NCBI RefSeq assembly: GCF_009914755.1
Contig: NC_060926.1
Reading direction: 5' to 3' (one strand)
DNA: 64,000 bases
Origin: the human T2T-CHM13v2.0 reference genome, Homo sapiens
Shown: in pieces, positions 42,829 through 57,273 of the stretch
Position numbering within the stretch: position 1 is the stretch's first letter
How the letters are laid out: each line of letters begins with the position of its first letter
Position numbers and translations under genes: made by a program
The notes under the pieces: model-generated
Databases searched by the model: none
What the model was told of the DNA's origin: nothing
What the model saw: the letters and a program-made list of their open reading frames with translations, nothing else

Positions 42829-45629
42829 CATTAAAACATCATAAAGCATTTTGTCTTCCTGGGAGGATTATAATTAGTGCGCCCTGTCATAGGCCCATAG
42901 CGTGATAAAATCAATAAATAAACAAGGATGCTCTTAGAAGTTTTCAACACATAAAAAATTCCAAGAAAGAAAAGCAATACAAATATTTTAATAAAAAAAT
43001 GTGGTCACCTAACTCACAGAGGAACATGCAATGTTAAGTGAAAGTCCTAACCCCTGTACGGAAGCATTGTTGGGTGCTGTGAGCTTAGCAACATATGGTG
43101 ATTTAATGCTACTGTAGAAGGGAGAGGTGGTTTTTAAGCACTGGTTTTAAAAGTGGCAAATCCAAGGCCAAAAGTCAGGACATGCCTTTGCCTGTCAGTG
43201 GGCACAGAACCCAGGACTGACCAGGTGGGTCCCCTGTCCTCAGAGATGCCACCTTGCCCTCTCCAATGAGGGGACTGTAAGAGTGGCTTGGTCCAAAATC
43301 ATTTCCTTCTGGAGAGATCAAGTACAAGTGTTGCCACGCTCTTGACAGTTCCAAATGCAACTCTCTCCTTCTTCATTCCAAAGTGAGGAGGCTACTGGAG
43401 TGGAATTTCTGCCTGTGGAGGGAGAAAGGGGCAGTGAGCAAAGGCTGTCACCCTGCTCAAGTTCTGGCCTCTTCTCTGTTGTCTTTGCAACAGGGAGATA
43501 CTACCGTGATTAAGCAGTGACCCTCTGGCTAATTGAGTAGACTAATCTCTTGCAGTTGGAACAATATAAACCCAGGGTATGGAGGAACCTTGAAAGTCCT
43601 CAATACCACCCTAAAAACCACCTCTAGTTGGAAAGAACAAAACTACACAGAGTGTAATTGATACCTACGGAAGCCCCAACACTTCAGCCCTTGGTTTCTG
43701 GGCATCTCTTCTGTGTCTTAATCTCCAAGGCCTGAGGGCTGTCCCATCCTCCTGCCCAATATAGATTATGAGCACAGAATTAAAGCACATGCACAAAGAG
43801 GGAAAGAATTGAATCAGTTTTCGAACGATGCTTCAGTTTGAAAATATGGCTTTCTTCATAAAATGTGTAGATAATTAAGGGAAAATATTATCTTAAAAAA
43901 TATATTCATTTTCTTTTTTTTTTTTGGTTACATGCCTTTGACTTTCTGGGCATGTGTCTTCTGATTTAAAATAACAATAACAACAGTGTCATCACAGGAA
44001 ATGAGCTTAAAAGGAAATGAGCCAGCTCGGAGCTTGGCCTAATCACTAGGAAATGGCCCTCATCTTTTCTGTAGGTTATCAATCCCCTAGCTCATCAGTG
44101 GCCCCTAAGAAATGCTGTGCCTTGTGGCATAATTATGCTTAATCATGTAGACTGTTGAGTAAACTTATGCTTATGCCTTTCCTGTTCCATGTTAGGTGTT
44201 ATCCATTCAATTCCACTTCTTTGCAATGGTGAAGCCCCGTTTTGATGATACCTTCTTTTTGTAAATAGCCTTTTTTGCAGATTAATGCAGGGTCTACTGC
44301 ACCTTGGCCCAAGTGGCCTCAGTTAATATTTGATGAATGAGTAAATGAATGAATGAATTAATAAACCCATCTGGATTTCAGGACCCTGATATCAGCAGGA
44401 GACGAGTAGAAGGAGGAGCCTTTGAAGTCAGCAGTGTCAGCTGGCTGGCAGGGGCCAGGTCATTGCCCTGGCTTGCTTCGTAGAGACTGTTCCAGTGACA
44501 AGTTCCTCATAGCGGGGTGAAAACGGAGGTGGGGAGAAGTCATTTCTTAACTCACCCCTGGGAAGCCCAGGGCAAATAGCAGGTGCCTTCCCCCATGACC
44601 CTCTCTGTCTCCGAGGCCCACTCCCATGGCCTTCCTTGTCTCTTGCAGGTGCATCTCTGCCTTCAGTATCAGGGATCAGGGGAGACTGTTGTCAGGGTGT
44701 GGTGGGTGTCACCAAAATCCTCATCCTCCTGTGTGGCAGCCCCGCCTAGAACGAGGTTGCAGTCAGGGAATCTGCCTGCCCCACGTTGGAAAAAGCAGGC
44801 ACAGAGGATTCTTTGGAAGTGAAAATGCCCATAGAAAATTTCACAAGGTGTCGGAGGATGTGCTTGAAGTCCAGGGTGCGGTGTGCCTGTGGCTGATGTT
44901 TTAGGGGAGGAGAGTTCTCTATGGATGCAGCAGCTGTTATTGCTGGGTGGATTTGCTTCACACCCTTTGTTGATTCACAGCCTCAACATGCACACAGGTG
45001 AGCAGTAGCAACTGCCCTCTCCTCCGCCCTTTGTCACATTCCATCCAACACCAGTTGCTGTCTCTCTCATTCCAAGCTGTCTCCTAGGCCTGCTAAGCAA
45101 TATACTAGCAATTAGTGGTGACTGAGTCACACCTAAGTATTTCAGCTTCTTTCCTGTATTCTATAGTGGCGTTCCCTCCTCTTCGTCTCCTGTCCCTCCT
45201 GCACAAGGCACTCTGTAGCAAACATTAATCTGATCCCATTAAACAATGCAATGCCCTCTACATTGCCTGGGGACAGGTCTGAAGAGATGCTTGCAGCCTG
45301 CCTTGAGTGCAGCCTGGCCTCGATCTCCTCAGCCATGCTCTGACCACCATGGCCATTTGGCCTTCCTGTCACCATCCCAGGCTTCCACTTGCGTCCTAGG
45401 CTAGTTGGGTTTAGTCCGCATCTACCTCCTCTCTCCTTTTGCTGATTTCTCGGAAGCGCGGCTGACAAATTGCTCCTTTCCAAAGCAATCCTGTCTTCTG
45501 TATGTTTTTTCTAAAGCCCTTCTTACCAACCACTGTCCCAGCACCATATGATGACTTAGTGACATGCCTTTTTACCTCACCCTCCACTGACCAGGAGCCA
45601 AATGTATAACACAATTCCTGACCTGTGCT

Positions 45630-46422
<793 letters not shown>

Positions 46423-46629
46423 TGCTCAATAAATAAACACTGAGTGAACCTGAGGCCCAAAAGGTGTATGTGAGAGATGGTACCTTCCAGATTTCCTTGT
46501 AACATAAGAAAGCTAGGGCTGTGACATATGTCCAAGTCCCTCTCTTAGAGGTTCTGGCTTAACCAATTGTTACAAGGCCCCCCAGGTGATGGTGAGGTGC
46601 AGCAGTAATTAAGAAGAGGGCCTCTCCCC

Positions 46630-46740
46630 ATATTGGACGATGAGAAAATTGAAGCCAGCAGAGCCTAAACAACTTGACCAAGCATGCAGTTAGTAAATGG
46701 CAGAGCCCAGGATGGAATGCAAATGCCTCAACTCTCATTG
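46630..46740. mobile_element. MIR fragment
   Basis: gatgagaaaattgaagcc...aacttgaccaag...agtaaatggcagagcccaggat. Confidence 0.65.
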
Positions 46741-46799
46741 TCAGGAAGGAAGTAGCTGAAATATCCAAGTGCACCAGATAGAGTCCCAAAGGAACCTGC

Positions 46800-47276
46800 C
46801 ACCATCAAGGTGGGGCAATTCAAAGAGGGTCTGGTTCACAGAAAGATAGTTTTCAATGGCTGTTGTGTAGGAGAAACACACAGGACACTATGCTGTTCCA
46901 GAGCTGGTGGTGGCCACACAGTTACCACCCTAGGCTGGAAGATACCTGGGAAGAGGGCAACTGCCTGAATCTGGAAGGAGGGAGATTAGTGTAGAGTTGG
47001 CTTGAGAGGAAAGTAAAGTTTGGCTGAGGAACTCGGGCTGCCCAAGGTGACCTTGCAGGAGAAAACAAGTAGAAAAACACCCTGATTCACTCTCCACTTC
47101 CCCTATCTCTGCCATCCTCAACTTCTGCAGGGGCTCCCTCTTGACTAAACCCAATCAGAAGCTGGGGGTCATGGACACCCTACTGATGTAGTTCATGCAG
47201 GACCCCTTCTGGGGCAGAGTACGATGGAAAAAGATGAGGAGCGGATCCAAGGGACCAATAGAAGATTCCAGCACAT
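46800..47276 (-). mobile_element. LTR33-like ERVL LTR, degenerate
   Basis: gttaccaccctaggctggaag...ggctccctcttgactaaacccaatcagaagc...ccagcaca. Confidence 0.5.
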
Positions 47277-50200
47277 AAAACTATGTACTTAGGAAACTTT
47301 CAAGAATGGTCATGGTAAGTATAATTCCAATTCCTTTTTGGAAGCCATTTGGGCAAACCGCTAGGCCAGTGCTCATTCATGTTCAGTATCTAATGGACAC
47401 AGGAACTCTCTTCTGCTTTCTCCACGGTTGTCACCTCTCGCCTCTCACCCAGGTTCTTATTTTATACACAGTTGTCCACTTGATTGAGGCAGCCCTTGAT
47501 TATGATTCCCAGAATATTTTATAGGAAAGAACATGAGACAATGGACTCACAGACTGGAGCCTAGATGTCCGGTGGGCAAGCAGCAGCCCGCTGACTCAAT
47601 TTCCATGACTTTGAAATGGGGAAGATAGAGTTGCTACACTACCTCCTAATGGGCACGTTACGAGGCCTAAGCAAGGGGCTTTAAAAAGCTTTATGGAAAA
47701 CAAGGACAAAGTTACACATCATGAATGCACCACTGGGGAAGAAATTTTCCTCTACAATGAAAGGTCTTGCTGCTAACTTATTCTATGCAACTAATGGTTG
47801 TTGGAAGCACAGACCTTTAAGCTCTGCCCTTGAAATCTTAACTCATTCAACATCACAACGCGCAAATGAGGCAGGCCACATTAATTGCAGCTGATGGATG
47901 AGAAGGTGAGTCCCTAGGGGCTGAGTAACTTGAGCGGCCCCAGGAAGTCTGGTTGCTGGGATGCAACAGGGCACAGCTCTGAGCCCTTGTTCTTCATCTG
48001 CTGGTGTGGTCAGCCTGGAAAGGGGGTCCTGAGAACGAGGGAACACATGTGAGTGCTTAGGACCGGGGCTGGCATGGAGTGGACAGTTGGTAGCTATTCG
48101 TTATTAACTTTCCTGTTTGTTGTAACTTCTGAAAAACATTGACAAACTTGGGCATACCTGGCCAATGGCAAAATATGCCTCACTCAGATTCCGTCACAGC
48201 CCTGTGGTGATGGGGTGATGTCAGCCTTATTCTGAAGAACTAGAGCTCACTTCAGGGCAGCGGAGAGGAGTGGAGCTAGAACCACAGAGCTATCCTTGTG
48301 TTTGAAAAGGTGGCAGGCTTTTCTTCTTGACGAGAAAGGTCACTGGAATTTGTGCTTTATCAGCAAAATGCCGCCTGTCAGGACATTGAGTTTTTGCTTC
48401 ATCTACCACCTAAATGTGCTTCTTTTAGCCACATGGACTTTCCTGGTCCTGTCTTCCATGTTAGTTCCCATTGCTCAACAAGGCAGTTAACTCCTCACGG
48501 GCGGGGACATTTTATTTCTAATACATCTGATCTGAAACACTACCAAAGACATTGGATGGGTGTGCAGCGTGTTTACTATTATCCCTCTCAAATTGCATGT
48601 GAGTTTCCTTCTTGAGTATCTTATATTCTAGACAGGCCCCAGGAACCCCTCATCCTTAAAGAAACGTGCGTATCTTTCAGGGGATGGGCTGTGGCTCTAG
48701 TCGGAACTGAGTCTGAATTCTGGCTTCGAGACGGTTCTCAGTTCTGAGGGCTTCAGCCACTCATTGAACCTCCCTGAACGGGACAGGAGCCTGAGGGCTG
48801 AGGATAATTCATGGAAAGCACTTAGCACAGTCCCTTCCTGCAGAATGTCCTTAAAACGATGCCATCATTTCCCTTCCTAAGCGTTCTCTCCCTTCCTATT
48901 TTGCTCCTCTTGTTATTCATGCAGTCTCTCAAAATAGAAGAGACTCATAAAACGTTGAGGAGATCCTGAGATCATTGTCCTAAACCTCTATCAGCCCATG
49001 CAATAATACACTGAATATTTTTCCCCTCCTTTTCTCCCAATTCAGATCGGTTCCTGCAGGTGGAAGAGCCTGCCAGTGGTTTCCCACCCTAGCTGGGGCG
49101 CCATCTCCTGGTCATCTCGGGAAGATACAGGTGTCTTATTCACTAAGCCTTTCTAGCCACAACAAGCAAATGTTCAATTCCAGTATTATTACCACATACT
49201 TTTAAAAGAAATAGGCAGAAGAGCAACTCAGATAGAATATTGGGGTTTTTGTATCTTGGCATCTTTGTTTTAACTTACCACAGTACTGGGGATGAGAGAT
49301 AAAATGTATAAATTTATTTATTTATTTTATAAAATGGCTTTCATCTGAACAGTTGAACTTTTCAAGTGGGTGAAATGTTGTAAAAAAGTAGCAAATGATG
49401 ACTAGGAGTCAGTGTAATTAATGTTTCGGGTGGAGTGAGTGCATTAGTGATACTGAATGAGGTTTAATGAGGTTCTTCTACACCCCAATCCTTCCTGCTC
49501 CCCAAAGCAAAGCAGAAAGGTTAGGACCTGAGGGGCTTTGTTGGCAGTGGTGCTGCTGTCTCCCACGGGATGCATTTCCTCCATGGAGCAGGTGCAGCGT
49601 GTGAGGGAAACCCACTCACCATTTGCGCCCTTGCCAATCACTGCTGTTGCTTCTCAGGAAAAATTCCGTCCTGCTCTTCAAACACAGCAACTTCTGGATG
49701 CTGGGGAACCACTGGTGACCACTGAGCAAAACCGTTTCCCTGTGAAGCACCAAGGGGATTTGTCCTTTCCCAGGGGAGAAGACTTCAGCAGGCAGAACAG
49801 GCTACGAGGCAGGGATGGAGAAAGAAAACGCCTCCAGGACACTGAGTCGCTGCTAGGTTGTGAGGGAAGCTGCACATCAGATAAAAAATTCAAAGTCCTC
49901 ACTGTGCTGCTGAGGTGGAGCAGGTTTTGCAAGTGACACAGCCAAGAATCTTCATCAGGCACACCTGTGCAATCAGCTGCTGAAGCAGAGGCAGGGGGTT
50001 GACAAACTCACTATCATTGCCATCCGCAGGAAATACAGGACGTGCTGACTGCCTGTTGTTTCCGCTCCAGACTCCCCACCCTTGCTTCCCATAGCTTGCA
50101 ATAGCTAAAAATTATAGCTAGACTAGTTGCTTAAAATACGGATGAGTCTAGGTTATTTGGGTTCCCACGTCCCTTTTTTTAAAACGTATTCCTTAACGTC

Positions 50201-50327
50201 CAGCCTACCACATTGTGTTGTGGTGAATGCATGACTCCCTGATAGAGCGAACAGAGACGCTTGCTCTCTTATATGCAAATGGTTAAGACTCTACGACGAG
50301 GCAACTCATTAACAGATAGCTAGATAG

Positions 50328-50694
<367 letters not shown>

Positions 50695-50966
50695 TAGCTA
50701 TCTTATTTGTAGTCATTTCTAAAGCAAGTTACTTTATTCTATTCAATGTAAGCAACTATTTCGGCAATAATTTATGTTAGCTGTTACACCAAGAAGCTGT
50801 TACTTGACAAAGCAAGACTTTCTATGAGCATTTTCAATTGAATTTCTGTCTATGTGTTTGTTTAGTGACTGAGGCCAGTTTTTGGTTCCACTTACTTGAT
50901 ATTTTTTTCTAGGGTAAAAGTTCTCCTCCAGCCGTAGGTCCTTGCATCTGTTACCACCTCCGACCT

Positions 50967-51509
50967 TGTTAGAAATAGATAATCGATGCCGCAAAGAGAA
51001 GTCAGTACAGAGACAAAAGACCTCAGTAAGGCCATCTTTACTTTCTGCAGAAAGGGTGCTTAATCGCAGATGGAACAATGGTGGGAGCACACTTGAACAA
51101 AGGAAAAGCAGACTTATTTATCCCTTATGCATTTGGGTTGTCCTTACTGCTGTGTCCTGCATCCATTGGCTGGAGCAGGACCTCACAATCTTAAACTGAT
51201 ACCCGATTTGCTAATAGCCTAAAACTTTCCTAAATAGGTAAGTGCAGGGAAGAACAAAGAAGTTGCTTAGAAAAGGTTTAAGGAAGCGATAACATTTCCA
51301 AATAAGGAAGGGGCATAGGCCGTGACCTGGGATGTGCCTGTGAGCATGTCCAACAGTTATATAGGATAGGGCTTAACAAAGAGTTATTAGCACAAAGCAA
51401 GGAGGCTTGAAGAAAGTTGGTCTTTAAAAGAAACTATTATTTCTAACACTTATGATTTATTCTTTAACAAGAAGGGGAACTTTGAAGGGGAAACTTTTTA
51501 CTTTCTGCA
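50967..51509 (-). mobile_element. LTR10-family (LTR10C-like) 3' LTR of a HERV-I-type provirus
   Basis: Minus strand: polypurine tract AAAAAGAGGAGGGA, then TGCAGAAAGTAAAAAGTTTCC...TTTCTAACA. Confidence 0.8.
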
Positions 51510-51975
51510 ATCCCTCCTCTTTTACTTTATCGTTTTCCTCTTCAAACTTGCTTAACATGTCTTGGCTTAGTTGTTTTGATTAACTCTTGGATGTATGGTG
51601 CAACATAATACCTAAGAAGAAGGAGTACACTTATTATAGTTGTTAAAGAGGTAAGAAGTGAGGCTACTTTTGTTTTTCTCTTTCTGGTTGCTGAATGCCA
51701 GAGTAAAAGGGATAGCCAATTGAACTAGAGCGTAAGTACTGCTCTGATTATTTGGTAAAGTGTCCAGTAAAGGTCCTCCATAATCCCACCATACATCCAC
51801 TCAGGGATGAAAAAGGACAGACTGATAGGTCAGCTCTTGAAAGTGCCTGACTTCACTGCATCCTGTTAAGTCTCCAAGGAATGCCAAATTTTTCCCCTTG
51901 TCGTTGGAGACACCAGGTAAAATTGGTTTTGGAAGATGGAGGCTGGACGGCCCTTGGGGGATGACCCACAGGGTG
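51510..51975 (-). pseudogene. HERV-I (HERVIP10F/FH-like) env SU remnant, frameshifted
   Basis: GKNLAFLGDLTGCSEVRHFQELTYQSVLFHP and DVWWDYGGPLLDTLPNNQSSTYALVQLAIPFTLAF resemble HERV-I env; adjacent to PPT and LTR. Confidence 0.8.
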
Positions 51976-51976
51976 T

Positions 51977-52038
51977 CACTCCAGCCTGGGCGACAGAGCA
52001 AGACTCCGTCAAAAAATAAATAAATAAATAATTAAAAA
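51977..52038 (+). mobile_element. Alu 3'-terminal remnant plus A-rich tail
   Basis: cactccagcctgggcgacagagcaagactccgtc-aaaaaataaataaata. Confidence 0.9.
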
Positions 52039-52549
52039 TATATATAATTTTAGCTTGTAGTATGTATTTTAATTGGTAATGTAAAGGTACCAAACCATAA
52101 ATTCAAACAGTATAGAATAGAATGCAATGACAAGTAAACCTCCTTCCCCATCCTAGTACCCTGGCCAGCCTGGGACTCTTCTTCCAGACAACTTGTGTGA
52201 GCAAGTTCTTCAGTGTCTTCCCAGCAATGGACTAATATGTCCAATTACTTTATTATGCATCTTGGTCTTTTAAATTAAAGAATTTATCTCGGTGTTCATT
52301 CCATAAAGATAACGAGCTTCTTTATTCTGTTAATAGTTGCATATTATCCTTTTATAGGAATAAACTGCAATTTATTTAACTAGGCTTTTGTGGATAGACA
52401 TTTAGATTAGTGTCAGTTTTTTTTACATCTATAAAATAAATTCTTAGGCGTTACCAGATTATAGGCATCATTTCTCCTGGAAGTAAGAGCTTTGTAATTG
52501 GTGTTCCCTCATCTACTCTCAACCACTGTAATCCTTTTTGTACTCTGCA

Positions 52550-53310
52550 GCCTGAATGATCATTTTTCCACATGGGTATCCAGTTGTATCAGCACCATTT
52601 GTTGAAAAAAGACAATCTTTTCCCTCATTGAATTATTTTACATCTTTGCGAAAAAATCTATTGACTTATCTGTCTCTCTTTTTTTATATGTGTGTGTATA
52701 TATGTATGTATGTATGTATGTATGTGTATATATATTTATCTTTAGGTATCTTTCTTTATATCTACCTGTTTATCCATTCATCCATCCCTCCATCCATCCA
52801 TATATAAACTCTTTTGTTGCATTGATCTATACGTTTATCCACATGCACATTTCACACAGTCGTGATTACTGTTTTTGCTTTCCTGGGTCTTTCCCAGTTC
52901 CATATAATTTTAGAGTTAGCTTGTCAATTTCTATCAAAACAACTCAAAAAAAAAAAACAAAAAACATTTAAAAAAAGCCCTGCTGAGATGTTGATTAGGA
53001 TCATGTTGAATATATATAGATCGATTTCACAATTGGGGAAGATCAATCTGGGGAGACTTATATCTTAATAATATTGGGTCTTTCCATCTACAACTTAATA
53101 TATTTTTCTTTTTATGTAGGTGTTTTTTAGTTTGCCACATCAATATTTTACAGTGTTTTGTGTAAAGGTTTTGCATATTTTTAATTGAATTCATCTCTAA
53201 GTATTTAAGATTTTCTGATGCTCTTGTAAATCGTACTTCAAAATTTTTTCTTCTTCCAGTTGTTGTTGGTATATGGAGATAAAATTAGTTTTATGCATTC
53301 GTCACATAAC
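52550..53310 (-). mobile_element. Old L1M ORF2 fragment with (TATG)n/(CATC)n simple repeats
   Basis: tatccagttgtatcagcaccatttgttgaaaaaagac...ttagcttgtcaatttcta...ctaagtattt reverse L1. Confidence 0.75.
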
Positions 53311-53687
53311 CTCTCAGCAAACCATGAATACAAGGGAACTTTATTAGCCCAATAAGAGGCATCTATGAAAAACCTACAGCGGTCATCATACTTAATGGTG
53401 AGAGACTAAATGTCCTGCCCCCAAGGTTAAGAACAACATAAGGATATTTTATCTCAGCATTCCTATTCAATTTTTTACTGGAAGTTCTAAGCAGTGTAGT
53501 AAGGCAAGAAAAAAAGATACAGATTAGAAAGGAAGAAATTAAAAAGTCTCTATTTGGATATGACATAATTATTTATCTAGAAAATCCCTAAGAATGTAGA
53601 AAAAAATGTTTCTATAACTAGAAACTATACACTATATATACTATATAGCTATAACTAGGTGAGCAGGGTTGCAGGATGCAATGTTGA

Positions 53688-54023
<336 letters not shown>

Positions 54024-54121
54024 GTGAAGCATATTTCTGTATGTGAACAGTAAACGATTGGAACTTGAAATTTTACAAATATTTACAAAAGCATCACAAG
54101 AAATAAAATACTTAGGTATAA

Positions 54122-54220
54122 GGAAGAGAGCCCTCACTAGCAACCAAATTTTGCTAGCACCTTGATTTTGGACTTCTCAGAGTTCAGACTATAAGAAACA
54201 AATTTCTGCTGTATTAAGCC
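54122..54220 (+). mobile_element. Internal MLT1/MST LTR fragment without LTR termini
   Basis: ggaagagagccctcactag...gcaccttgattttggacttc...aaatttctgctgtattaagcc. Confidence 0.7.
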
Positions 54221-54768
54221 AAAAGTAAAAAAACTTAGATATAAATCTAACAAATGATGTGCAGGATCAGTATGCTTAACTACAAAACACTGAAGAGAGA
54301 AATTAAAGGAGACCTAAATAAATGGAGAAATATATCATGTTCATGGATTGGAAGATACAATACCGTTAAGATGTCAATTCTATCCAATTAGATGTGGAGA
54401 TTCAGCATAATCAAAGTCCCAGTAAACTTTTGAATCAATAAGACTCAGTAAGCTGATTCTAAAATGTATATGGATAAGCACAGGAACTGTTTGGAAAGGC
54501 CAAACAATATAGTTAATTGATTTTTGACAAAGATGTTAAGATAATTCAATGGAGAATTACTAATAGTAATTTGAGCAAAGGATTAAAAAAAGAGAACCTT
54601 AATATACACCTCAGAACTTTTTCAATATTAGCTCATGGATTATGACCTAAATATTAAACATAAAACTTAAAAAAGTGCAAAAGAAAATGTAGGAGAAGAT
54701 CTACATAACCTAGAGTTTATCAAAGAGTTTTTAGATATGACTTCAAAAGATAAATTTAATTTGATCAG

Positions 54769-55100
54769 TTTGGGTGCAGTGGCTCATGCCTGTAATCCCA
54801 GAACTTTGGGAGGCCGAGGTGGGTGCATCACTTGAGGTCAGGAGTTCGAGACCAGCTTGGCCAACATGGCAAAACCCCATCTCTACTAAAAGCTAATACA
54901 AAAAATTACCTGGTCATGTTGGCAGGTGCCTATTAATTCCAGCTACTTGGGAGACTGAGGCAGGAGACTCGCTTGAACCCGGGGGCTGGGGTGGTGGTTA
55001 TAGTGAGCCGAGATCGTACCACTGCACTTCAGCCTGGGTGAAAGAACAAAACTCCTTCTCAAAATAAATAAATAAATAAAAATAAAATAAAAAATAAAAA
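54769..55100 (+). mobile_element. Alu (AluSx/Sz-like)
   Basis: Full Alu with (AAAT)n tail; TSD aat(t/g)tgatca. Confidence 0.93.
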
Positions 55101-55345
55101 TAATGTGATCAAATTTAAAAGCTTTGCTCTGTGAAAGATACACAGAAATACAAAGAGAATAAAAAGATACCCAGAGAATGAAGACAAACCAGACTAGCAG
55201 GATATGTTTGCAAGTCACAAATCTAATAAAGATCTTGTATATGGAATACATAAGGAACACTCAAAACTCAGTAAGGAAACCACCCATTTCTTAAAAAATG
55301 GGCAAAGGATCTGAACGCACACTTAACGAAAGAAGACACAAGGAC

Positions 55346-55423
55346 AGCAAGTTCCAAGCAAATGAAAAGATAGCAAATCCTAAGCAAATGAAAATGTAGC
55401 AAATCCTAAGCATATGAGCAGAT
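55346..55423. repeat. 26-bp tandem repeat, 3 copies, inside L1
   Basis: agcaagttccaagcaaatgaaaagat / agcaaatcctaagcaaatgaaaatgt / agcaaatcctaagcatatgagcagat. Confidence 0.9.
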
Positions 55424-55499
55424 ACTCAACAATACCAGTCATTAGGGAAATGCAAATTAGAACTACAAACTTTACATACAAAACACAAGCTTGGAAATA

Positions 55500-55612
55500 A
55501 AAGTATTATGAATTTCAAGATGACAGGAGCAGAGCATTAAACCAAGTGGGGGGCCCCTCTGAGCCAAGGGCCCCATGTGACTGCGTAGGCCACCTGCCTG
55601 TAAAACCAGCCA
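55500..55612 (-). mobile_element. MER45-like hAT-Tip100 fragment
   Basis: tattatgaatttcaagatg...gcagagcattaaaccaagtgggggccc...gggccccatgtgactgc. Confidence 0.7.
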
Positions 55613-56030
55613 ACACAATTTGTGCAGAAAAAGAAAAATGGCAAAGTAGAAGCTTACTATTTTCAGCAGGTAAGCCCCAAATTACTGATAACCTTGATAT
55701 TCATAGTGATAATACCTAAAGCAAAATCAATGTTGGTTAGATGTCAAGGTGGCTGATAACTTGTTAAATTAATTATTTACCAATTTGTTTCATGATATAA
55801 AATTTTCTCAAAGCATTTTCTAAAAGGAGACAAAATCAACAACAAAAATGTAAATACATTCCGTTCTATTATTCTCTTCTTGCGTAATTTTACCACACGA
55901 TCAGTGCCTTAAGTAGCAAGATGATACAGGTAATCATAAAAACAGAATGGGCTCATATCATTGCTTTTTCTCTGGTCTGAATTTTAAAATCTTACTTGGG
56001 CATAGATTTCTACCAAATTGTTGAAAATAA

Positions 56031-56398
<368 letters not shown>

Positions 56399-56933
56399 AC
56401 AAATGACTTTTCAAAAAGTTGCAGATCTTAGAGAGTCATCTCGGTTCCAAGAAGAATAAGAACTTTTTATAAGGCAAAATCATTTCTGTTAACAGGGGAA
56501 AATTTTTATCTAACGACGTTTAGTGGGAAATGGGAAAATTCTCATTTCCCCTGGCCAAATGCTATTGACAGAGCAATAACAAAAGGAGAAAAGCATGTCT
56601 GTGAAGATTATGTGAGAATTTCCAATAGCTGGTATCTGAGAATTGCTCTGGTCAATTGCAGAAACTGCTTTAAAAAGAAAGAAAAATACCTTTCAGGGAT
56701 GAAGCTATCATACCAAAATTTAGAACGTCCTATTCCTCAGTTAGATGAACTAAGGGCTAATTTTTCCCCCGCACCAGGACAGGCAATTCATTCCAGGGAC
56801 CACTCAGTAATTCATGATAGGGAGTTGAAGTTTCTGCATTTCTAAAATGCAACTGTTTTGTTAGTTTCTTGCCAGAAGCTGTCTTGTAAAACATAGCTAA
56901 TCCTGTGTTTGTGTACCTATGATTCACAGCTGA

Positions 56934-57273
<340 letters not shown>

